From assembly GCA_964016885.1 (NCBI GenBank), contig OZ024741.1, forward strand, positions 272,986,001-273,050,000: a DNA stretch of 64,000 bases. The letters are read 5' to 3'. The translations under genes and the position numbers were made by a program. Below are positions 54,941-64,000 of this stretch, in pieces (within the stretch, counting starts at the first letter, position 1; the number at the start of each line of letters is the position of its first letter). Under the pieces are notes generated by a model. It was not told the DNA's origin. It saw nothing but the letters and a program-made list of their open reading frames with translations, and searched no databases. Origin of the DNA: Eledone cirrhosa. Taxonomy: Eukaryota.

Positions 54941-57878
54941 AATTGGAATAAATGCTCTGAAATAGCGATATATATGTGAATATAGACATAGAATATTCGA
55001 AAATATTCTGTATGTTTATAATAAACATTTTGAAGACCTAATCGCTATAGAATAGAATACGTCACGTATTACAATTAGATTCTCGATAAAAGCAAGGGAA
55101 GTAATCTACGCGTTTCATTCTCGTTAGAAATCATCAGGACTACATATCCAGTGCTTTTATCGAGAATGACACAGCTAGAGACTTATAGAATACTTAGCTG
55201 TGTACAGGAACTGGTTTGAAAGAGCGGTTGCCGGTCCGGCAGAAATTAGAAATTGGAATAAATGCTCTGAAATAGCGATATATATGTGAATATAGACATA
55301 GAATATTCGAAAATATTCTGTATGTTTATAATAAACATTTTGAAGACCTAATCGCTATAGAATAGAATACGTCACGTATTACAATTAGATTCTCGATAAA
55401 AGCAAGGGAAGTAATCTACGCGTTTCATTCTCGTTAGAAATCATCAGGACTACATATCCAGTGCTTTTATCGAGAATGACACAGCTAGAGACTTATAGAA
55501 TACTTAGCTGTGTACAGGAACTGGTTTGAAAGAGCGGTTGCCGGTCCGGCAGAAATTAGAAATTGGAATAAATGCTCTGAAATAGCGATATATATGTGAA
55601 TATAGACATAGAATATTCGAAAATATTCTGTATGTTTATAATAAACATTTTGAAGACCTAATCGCTATAGAATAGAATACGTCACGTATTACAATTAGAT
55701 TCTCGATAAAAGCAAGGGAAGTAATCTACGCGTTTCATTCTCGTTAGAAATCACCAGGACTACATATCCAGTGCTTTTATCGAGAATGACACAGCTAGAG
55801 ACTTATAGAATACTTAGCTGTGTACAGGAACTGGTTTGAAAGAGCGGTTGCCGGTCCGGCAGAAATTAGAAATTGGAATAAATGCTCTGAAATAGCGATA
55901 TATATGTGAATATAGACATAGAATATTCGAAAATATTCTGTATGTTTATAATAAACATTTTGAAGACCTAATCGCTATAGAATAGAATACGTCACGTATT
56001 ACAATTAGATTCTCGATAAAAGCAAGGGAAGTAATCTACGCGTTTCATTCTCGTTAGAAATCATCAGGACTACATATCCAGTGCTTTTATCGAGAATGAC
56101 ACAGCTAGAGACTTATAGAATACTTAGCTGTGTACAGGAACTGGTTTGAAAGAGCGGTTGCCGGTCCGGCAGAAATTAGAAATTGGAATAAATGCTCTGA
56201 AATAGCGATATATATGTGAATATAGACATAGAATATTCGAAAATATTCTGTATGTTTATAATAAACATTTTGGAGACCTAATCGCTATAGAATAGAATAC
56301 GTCACGTATTACAATTAGATTCTCGATAAAAGCAAGGGAAGTAATCTACGCGTTTCATTCTCGTTAGAAATCATCAGGACTACATATCCAGTGCTTTTAT
56401 CGAGAATGACACAGCTAGAGACTTATAGAATACTTAGCTGTGTACAGGAACTGGTTTGAAAGAGCGGTTGCCGGTCCGGCAGAAATTAGAAATTGGAATA
56501 AATGCTCTGAAATAGCGATATATATGTGAATATAGACATAGAATATTCGAAAATATTCTGTATGTTTATAATAAACATTTTGAAGACCTAATCGCTATAG
56601 AATAGAATACGTCACGTATTACAATTAGATTCTCGATAAAAGCAAGGGAAGTAATCTACGCGTTTCATTCTCGTTAGAAATCATCAGGACTACATATCCA
56701 GTGCTTTTATCGAGAATGACACAGCTAGAGACTTATAGAATACTTAGCTGTGTACAGGAACTGGTTTGAAAGAGCGGTTGCCGGTCCGGCAGAAATTAGA
56801 AATTGGAATAAATGCTCTGAAATAGCGATATATATGTGAATATAGACATAGAATATTCGAAAATATTCTGTATGTTTATAATAAACATTTTGAAGACCTA
56901 ATCGCTATAGAATAGAATACGTCACGTATTACAATTAGATTCTCGATAAAAGCAAGGGAAGTAATCTACGCGTTTCATTCTCGTTAGAAATCATCAGGAC
57001 TACATATCCAGTGCTTTTATCGAGAATGACACAGCTAGAGACTTATAGAATACTTAGCTGTGTACAGGAACTGGTTTGAAAGAGCGGTTGCCGGTCCGGC
57101 AGAAATTAGAAATTGGAATAAATGCTCTGAAATAGCGATATATATGTGAATATAGACATAGAATATTCGAAAATATTCTGTATGTTTATAATAAACATTT
57201 TGAAGACCTAATCGCTATAGAATAGAATACGTCACGTATTACAATTAGATTCTCGATAAAAGCAAGGGAAGTAATCTACGCGTTTCATTCTCGTTAGAAA
57301 TCATCAGGACTACATATCCAGTGCTTTTATCGAGAATGACACAGCTAGAGACTTATAGAATACTTAGCTGTGTACAGGAACTGGTTTGAAAGAGCGGTTG
57401 CCGGTCCGGCAGAAATTAGAAATTGGAATAAATGCTCTGAAATAGCGATATATATGTGAATATAGACATAGAATATTCGAAAATATTCTGTATGTTTATA
57501 ATAAACATTTTGAAGACCTAATCGCTATAGAATAGAATACGTCACGTATTACAATTAGATTCTCGATAAAAGCAAGGGAAGTAATCTACGCGTTTCATTC
57601 TCGTTAGAAATCATCAGGACTACATATCCAGTGCTTTTATCGAGAATGACACAGCTAGAGACTTATAGAATACTTAGCTGTGTACAGGAACTGGTTTGAA
57701 AGAGCGGTTGCCGGTCCGGCAGAAATTAGAAATTGGAATAAATGCTCTGAAATAGCGATATATATGTGAATATAGACATAGAATATTCGAAAATATTCTG
57801 TATGTTTATAATAAACATTTTGAAGACCTAATCGCTATAGAATAGAATACGTCACGTATTACAATTAGATTCTCGATA
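54941..57878 (-). mobile_element. Left arm of 310-bp hammerhead-containing tandem array (retrozyme-like): 9 full units plus 148 bp; ribozyme sense on the - strand
   Basis: Units start at 54941, 55251, 55561 ... 57731. Only two substitutions noticed (55754, 56273). Preceded by (TA)9 at 54923-54940. Confidence 0.92.
55101..55143 (-). ncRNA. Type I hammerhead ribozyme motif (first of 9 on the - strand, every 310 bp up to 57581-57623)
   Basis: Reverse complement reads GTAGTC CTGATGA T TTCT AACG AGAA T GAAA CGCG TA GATTAC. Confidence 0.85.
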
Positions 57879-59261
57879 CGAGAATGAAACGCGTAGATTA
57901 CTTCCCTTGCTTTTATCGAGAATCTAATTGTAATACGTGACGTATTCTATTCTATAGCGATTAGGTCTTCAAAATGTTTATTATAAACATACAGAATATT
58001 TTCGAATATTCTATGTCTATATTCACATATATATCGCTATTTCAGAGCATTTATTCCAATTTCTAATTTCTGCCGGACCGGCAACCGCTCTTTCAAACCA
58101 GTTCCTGTACACAGCTAAGTATTCTATAAGTCTCTAGCTGTGTCATTCTCGATAAAAGCACTGGATATGTAGTCCTGATGATTTCTAACGAGAATGAAAC
58201 GCGTAGATTACTTCCCTTGCTTTTATCGAGAATCTAATTGTAATACGTGACGTATTCTATTCTATAGCGATTAGGTCTTCAAAATGTTTATTATAAACAT
58301 ACAGAATATTTTCGAATATTCTATGTCTATATTCACATATATATCGCTATTTCAGAGCATTTATTCCAATTTCTAATTTCTGCCGGACCGGCAACCGCTC
58401 TTTCAAACCAGTTCCTGTACACAGCTAAGTATTCTATAAGTCTCTAGCTGTGTCATTCTCGATAAAAGCACTGGATATGTAGTCCTGATGATTTCTAACG
58501 AGAATGAAACGCGTAGATTACTTCCCTTGCTTTTATCGAGAATCTAATTGTAATACGTGACGTATTCTATTCTATAGCGATTAGGTCTTCAAAATGTTTA
58601 TTATAAACATACAGAATATTTTCGAATATTCTATGTCTATATTCACATATATATCGCTATTTCAGAGCATTTATTCCAATTTCTAATTTCTGCCGGACCG
58701 GCAACCGCTCTTTCAAACCAGTTCCTGTACACAGCTAAGTATTCTATAAGTCTCTAGCTGTGTCATTCTCGATAAAAGCACTGGATATGTAGTCCTGATG
58801 ATTTCTAACGAGAATGAAACGCGTAGATTACTTCCCTTGCTTTTATCGAGAATCTAATTGTAATACGTGACGTATTCTATTCTATAGCGATTAGGTCTTC
58901 AAAATGTTTATTATAAACATACAGAATATTTTCGAATATTCTATGTCTATATTCACATATATATCGCTATTTCAGAGCATTTATTCCAATTTCTAATTTC
59001 TGCCGGACCGGCAACCGCTCTTTCAAACCAGTTCCTGTACACAGCTAAGTATTCTATAAGTCTCTAGCTGTGTCATTCTCGATAAAAGCACTGGATATGT
59101 AGTCCTGATGATTTCTAACGAGAATGAAACGCGTAGATTACTTCCCTTGCTTTTATCGAGAATCTAATTGTAATACGTGACGTATTCTATTCTATAGCGA
59201 TTAGGTCTTCAAAATGTTTATTATAAACATACAGAATATTTTCGAATATTCTATGTCTATA

Positions 59262-59265
<4 letters not shown>
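57879..59265 (+). mobile_element. Right, inverted arm of the 310-bp array: 183 bp + 3 full units + 274 bp; ribozyme sense on the + strand
   Basis: Reverse complement of the left-arm unit. Followed by (TA)n at 59266-59294. Confidence 0.92.
58169..58211 (+). ncRNA. Type I hammerhead ribozyme motif (also at 58479-58521, 58789-58831 and 59099-59141); predicted cleavage after GUA at 58205/58206
   Basis: Stem I GUAGUC/GAUUAC; core CUGAUGA (58175-81); stem II UUCU-AACG-AGAA; GAAA (58196-99); palindromic mini stem III ACGCGU. Stem I is extended by a 16-bp helix ATTCTCGATAAAAGCA/TGCTTTTATCGAGAAT. Confidence 0.85.
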
Positions 59266-59296
<31 letters not shown>

Positions 59297-59420
59297 TGAG
59301 TAATATTAAATATTACCCAGTTACAAGCATGAATATAGCTTGATGTAAAATAACAAGCATAATACAGAGCTGAAATACAATGTAAATAATAATCAAAGAG
59401 CGTTTAATCTTTCAAACATT

Positions 59421-59474
59421 TAATAACTAACGATTGTTTCATCATAGCACAAGGCAAAATCTTCAGAGTTATTA
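59421..59474 (-). ncRNA. Second, unrelated minimal type I hammerhead motif (probable Penelope-like element remnant)
   Basis: Reverse complement: TAATAACT CTGAAGA ttttgccttgtgctatgat GAAA CAATCG TT AGTTATTA. Perfect 8-bp stem I, degenerate stem II. Confidence 0.65.
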
Positions 59475-60044
59475 CAAAAGTTAAACACAAATATAAGATC
59501 AAAACTTTGTTACAAGAACATTTGGAGGATACATATTATGAGAGATTAGATACGTTCAAGCATTAATATTTATATAAGGTAACAGAGGCAGAAAACATGA
59601 AAAATAGGAGCAGATAAAATGCAATAAAATAAAGTAAAATAAAATACATGCAGTTATAGATAAATGAAGTACAATAAAAATTATATATCATATATAGTTG
59701 TGGACAAAATTGATGCTAAACTAGTTAGTAATAGGAGACAGAGGAAAACATGCATTTCAAAATAAAGCTTAAGGATTTAAGCATCTAACGTTTTCAATAC
59801 TTTTAAAATGCTACCTGTGTACAATGGTTTAGAAGAAACCACTGGAAAGATACATATAAGATAACACAAGACCATAGAGATTAGAGGATATCAAGTAAGT
59901 GGCTTTTGACTAGGACAGCAAAGTGAGTAGGTAAATAAATAAACATAAAAAGTGTTAGAACTGGAAACAGGACAGGATATGGTACAGGCATGTTGTGGTA
60001 AATGGTAACACTGGAGGGAGGGAGACATAAATAGACTTTTGTCA

Positions 60045-60078
60045 AAAAAGAGGAGAGTGAGAGAGGAGAGTGTGTATA

Positions 60079-60130
<52 letters not shown>

Positions 60131-60320
60131 TAAGGGAGAGTGTGTGTGAGAGAGAGGGAGTGTTGTGTGTGAGAGAGGGAGCGTGTGTGTGAGAGAAAGA
60201 GGGAGTTTGTATGTGTGAGAGAGAAAAAGAGAGAGAGAGGTAGTGTGTGTGTGTGAGAGAGAGGGAAAGTATGAGAGAGAGAAAGAGGTAGTGTGTGTAT
60301 GAGAAAGAGAGAGAGAGAGT
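60045..60320. repeat. (GA)n/(GT)n compound microsatellite
   Basis: Directly visible. Confidence 0.95.
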
Positions 60321-60387
60321 TTTGTTATACTTTTGTAGGGGTTGTGGTTTGTTTAAGCTCCTAGAAATAGCAGCCAAATATATACAG

Positions 60388-60675
60388 AAACATGGCTCCG
60401 ATACTATGGGCAGGTGGTTAGAATGTCTCAGCAAAGAATCACTGGAGAGATTTTACAGGCAAAATCAACTGGTAGGGGACCCAGGGGTAGACCCTGAGCA
60501 AGATGGTTGGATAACATCCATGGGCTTGGCTGGTCTCACTTGGGGATCCAGCCAGATCAGTTGGAGATGGTTGCTTCTGACAGGACCCCCACTGGAAGGA
60601 GTGTTTGAGGACTCTGCTCCCACATCCCTCTTGAGAAGAAGAAGAAGAAAAAGAAAAAGAAAAAGAAGAAGAAGA
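60388..60675 (+). mobile_element. Degenerate RTE LINE 3' end with (AAG)n tail
   Basis: Manual translation LRYYGQVVRMSQQRI...GRGPRGRP*ARWLDNI matches the RTE C-terminal motif. Confidence 0.7.
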
Positions 60676-60872
60676 TAATTTAAATTGGAACCCTTTAAAA
60701 TGGGTGGCTTTATTTCACAGAACCAGAGCCAGGTTGGTAACTAAAGGGTTAAGCTCCTAGACATAGTAGCCAAATATATACTTTTCTTAGGCTTATGGTT
60801 TGTTTACGCTCCTAGAAATAGCAGCCAAATATATACTTTTTCTCTTTTTTTCTACAAATTTTTCATTCACAG

Positions 60873-61002
60873 GTTGTGGTAAATCGTCTCTTCTGGCAAA
60901 CTGGTGTTTCCGACTTGAACAAAAGGAACCAGACACATTCCTGTTCCTACATTTTATAGGAGGCTCACCTGAGAGTTCTTCAAGCCTGCAGATGTTACAC
61001 AG
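60873..61002 (+). CDS. Exon G: (G)CGKSSLLANWCFRLEQKEPDTFLFLHFIGGSPESSSSLQMLH(R)
   Basis: tcacag| acceptor in phase 1, AG|gtaaca donor in phase 2. Completes Walker A GESGCGKS. HFIG motif of NACHT-like STAND NTPases. Confidence 0.95.
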
Positions 61003-61048
61003 GTAACATTAATTAAATATGTACAAATGTTGGGATTTACTCTTTTAA

Positions 61049-61568
61049 CCCTTTAGCATTCAAACCGGTTGTATCTGGTCAGAATTCTCTCACCTCTTTC
61101 TGTACAAGCCGGCTGTAACCAGCCACTCATAACAATATTAAGTTATTGTTCTCAAAATAAATAATATCAAAATCTCATAGATTTGATATTATGTGAGATT
61201 AAGAAGCCTTTACTGTGAAAATGTAATAATATATATGAGACAGACATCCCATAACTCCTTGTGGAGTCGTAGAGGCACTGTCAAACAGTTTGTTTAGGGC
61301 ACTTTTAAACTTTGCGGTGACCAACCCTCTCTAGGTTTGAACACAGCTGATTCTTTCTATATAGGAAGAATCGATCCCAGTACTGGACTGGTACTTTTTT
61401 TTATCAACCTCAAAAGGATGAAAAGGAAAGTGTACCCTGGCGGGATTTGAACTCAGAGCACACAATGAGGTGGGACGAATACCATAAAGCATTCTATCCG
61501 ACATCTTAACAATTCTGCCAATTCGCCGCCTATAGTAATATATATAGAGTAATGTAAATGCTAAAGGG
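61049..61568. mobile_element. piggyBac-type MITE with a nested SINE (about 61360-61531, - strand)
   Basis: TTAA|CCCTTTAGCATT ... AATGCTAAAGGG|TTAA: 12-bp TIRs and TTAA TSD. Confidence 0.85.
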
Positions 61569-62109
61569 TTAAACACAATCATAATTCTCTGGTAAAAAGT
61601 ATTTTATTTTCAAAAGATAAATAAATATGAGAAAGATAGATAAAATCAAAGTTAAGTAATGAGAAAATAGTGGAGAGGTAAGGAAGGGCAGTAGGCAGCA
61701 AATTAACGAAGTTATAAGACTGGTGTGGTATTTGTTCTGACTCTCTGTACATTGAATGCATTTACCCAAAAAGTAGAACTGGTTTCCATCATTGGATGCA
61801 AATGAAGTCATAGGCTTTATATCAGAGAGACCTTCTCCTAGAGAGATGTCTTAATGAAGACTAGGAGTCTCTTGTTCCATAAAAAAAATAAATTATTGGA
61901 TGGCCATTAACTCTTCTGAGTTCCTCCACCCTTTGATGGGTTTTGTTTTTCATCCTGCAGGGTGTTCAAAATCCCCCTCCTCACCAAGCAAGCTTCGTGG
62001 AGTTGCTAGTTTAGTCGCCGATGACCCGACCATGCACAGATTGTACTGAGTTACATGTTAACAGTAGCTCTGAAGAGCGACCTGACATATATACATACAT
62101 AGGTTTGAC

Positions 62110-62490
62110 TTTCAATGGTATAGAGTTACAACCCTTTATGTTCTTAGTTCAAATCCCGCTGCGGTTAGCTTTGCCTTTCATCCTTATAGGGTTGATAAAA
62201 TAGAGTACCAGTAATGCACTGGGGCCAATTTAATTGACTTCCTCCTTTTCCCCTAAAATTGTTGGCCTTGTGCCAACAGAACTCATTTTTAGAGTGGTGG
62301 ATTGGCAGTATCGGTAGAGGGTCGGACGCCATGCTTTGATGCATAGAGTTACGGCCCTTTATGATTTGAGTTCAAATCCCGCCGAGGTTAACTTTGCCTT
62401 TCATCCTTACGGGGTCGATAAAAAAAAGTACCAGTAATACACTGGGATAATTGCTGGCCTTGTGCCAAAAGTAGAAACAATTATTATTAT
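62110..62490 (+). mobile_element. Two more SINE copies (about 62110-62280 and 62293-62490)
   Basis: Same family as 48350-48720. Confidence 0.8.
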
Positions 62491-62755
62491 TGTTATTGTT
62501 GCTGTTGTTGTCCTCACCACCAATGTCATCATCATCATCAACATCAGCATTACAACCACCATGACCACCACCACCACCACCACCACCACCACCACCACCA
62601 CCACTGCCTCCATCATCATCATTACAACCACCACCACCATCATTACCACTGCCACCATCATCATTACCACCACCACCGCCACTGCCACCATCATCATCAT
62701 TACCACTACCACCACCACCACCACCACCACCACCACCACCATCACCATCATTGTC
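62490..62755. repeat. (CAC/CAT)n trinucleotide microsatellite
   Basis: Directly visible. Confidence 0.95.
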
Positions 62756-62809
62756 AGTATGATATTGTTGATTAAAATAAACGAAATGAAAAGCATTCTC
62801 TAATTGTAG

Positions 62810-62985
62810 ATTATATGAAGAATTGAAGGTTTCATTTGGATTAGAATTAGAGATTCCGTCATCAGACACAGCAATTGTTGAAGATCTGACAAAATGGATG
62901 AAAATGGTTGGCAACATTAGCAAATGTGTTCTAGTCTTTGATGCTTTGAATCAACTTGATGATGATTTTCAACATGGAAATACAA
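62810..62985 (+). CDS. Exon H: (R)LYEELKVSFGLELEIPSSDTAIVEDLTKWMKMVGNISKCVLVFDALNQLDDDFQHGNT; gene continues beyond the window
   Basis: ttgtag| acceptor in phase 2, |gtaaga donor. VLVFDALNQL is Walker B. Confidence 0.93.
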
Positions 62986-63046
62986 GTAAGAAACTAAACA
63001 TATCTTTGGTATTTCAATACTTTTCCCATTCATTATTTACATCGGA

Positions 63047-63163
63047 CTGAGTTCAAATCCTGCCGTGGTTAACTTTGCCTTTCATCCTTACGGGGTCGAT
63101 AAAATAAAAGTACCAGTAATGTACTGGGTAATTGGTGGCCTTGTGCCAAAAGTAGAAACAATT
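63047..63163 (+). mobile_element. 5'-truncated SINE with ~15-bp TSD
   Basis: ATTATTTACATC(G/A)GA at 63032-63046 and 63161-63175. Confidence 0.75.
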
Positions 63164-63171
63164 ATTTACAT

Positions 63172-63761
63172 CAGAAGTTCTCAAAGTGGGCTCTACCAAT
63201 CCCCTCCCGGGGTGCATTGAGAAAGTTCAGGGGGCGCTCGTGCCTAAAAAGGGTGGTGGTGGTGGTTTGATAGAGATGATATAATAATATATTAAATATC
63301 AAATGATACATATTATATATAAATATTTTGCTAGTTATATATAAATTGTTTCTACTTTTGGCACAAGGCCAGTAATTACCCAGTACATTACTGGTACTTT
63401 ATTTTATCGACCCCGTAAGGATGAAAGGCAAAGTTAACCTCGGCGGGATTTGAACTCAGAACATAAAGGGGCGTAACTCTATGCTACAAAGCATGGCGTC
63501 CGACTCTCTAACGATACTGCCAATCCACCGTTAGATATATATAAATTAATGATTATATTTAGTATACGGGGTGTCCCAAAAGTCATTAGACAATTTTATA
63601 CAAATATATATATATAAAATTGTCTAGTGACTTTGTGGACACCCTGTATATTAATTACAATTTGGGTACTGGCAGGTCTCTCTGGAAATAGGGTTGGGGG
63701 ATGCTGTGGGTATTATGTTGCCTTGATAGGGGCGGGGGCTCCAAAAGTTTGAGAACATCTG
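63172..63761. mobile_element. hAT-type MITE with 8-bp TSD ATTTACAT, containing a SINE (about 63345-63530, - strand) and a Tc1/mariner MITE
   Basis: CAGAAGTTCTCAAA ... TTTGAGAACATCTG TIRs; ATTTACAT at 63164-63171 and 63762-63769. Confidence 0.8.
63567..63646. mobile_element. 80-bp palindromic Tc1/mariner-type MITE
   Basis: TA|CGGGGTGTCCCAAAAGTCATTAGACAATTTTATA ... TATAAAATTGTCTAGTGACTTTGTGGACACCCTG|TA. Confidence 0.75.
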
Positions 63762-64000
63762 ATTTACATGAACAGAATTGACATGTACAGCCAGGTTGTA
63801 AGTGGTATCAGTAGGCTGGAATTTGCAGACGACATGGTGTTACTTAACAAGACAGAAAGTAATTTCCGACATGCACACGATAGATTTGATGCTGTGAATT
63901 GCATGGCTGGAATGAAAAGCAGTGCTGCAAAAACTGAGGCACTTGTCCTCACAAGGACACCTGCGCAATGCACTCTACATGTGAATGGAGTTCCACTGAA
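63762..64000 (+). mobile_element. LINE reverse-transcriptase fragment, runs off the window
   Basis: Manual translation IYMNRID...LEFADDMVLL...GMKSSAAKTEALV...HVNGVPL (FADD catalytic motif). Confidence 0.8.

Noticed and set aside
53467-54941. + strand ORFs overlapping the LINE
   Set aside because: Antisense shadows of the RT ORF.
57879-57901. Hammerhead at the inversion junction
   Set aside because: Has GAAACGCGTA and a new hairpin but lacks CUGAUGA and the 5' strand of stem I.
54941-59265. 5S rRNA, tRNA or snRNA tandem cluster
   Set aside because: No recognisable 5S, tRNA or Sm-site features; the hammerhead core explains the unit.
60350-60840. Three copies of TTA(A/C)GCTCCTAGA(A/C)ATAG(C/T)AGCCAAATATATAC as a regulatory motif
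   Set aside because: Better explained as duplications associated with transposon insertion (adjacent LINE tail and a TTAA-ended MITE terminus).

Overview
Eukaryotic, repeat-rich window; the SINE/LINE families suggest an octopod cephalopod (inferred, not searched). Positions 1-43740 are one continuous satellite of 37/47-bp monomers with nested multi-kb internal duplications. Positions 44177-62985 contain eight in-frame GT-AG exons of a + strand DUF4062 + NACHT/P-loop gene (TEP1/NPHP3/TTC41-like architecture). Its introns hold RTE LINE fragments, tRNA-derived SINEs, MITEs and microsatellites. The highlight lies in the intron that splits the Walker A motif: about 14 near-identical 310-bp units (54941-59265), each carrying a type I hammerhead ribozyme motif (CUGAUGA...GAAACGCGUA). 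The units form two head-to-head arms (a large palindrome) between (TA)n tracts. This looks like a young retrozyme or Penelope-type insertion, possibly copied from a circular RNA. A second, unrelated hammerhead motif lies about 150 bp to the right.
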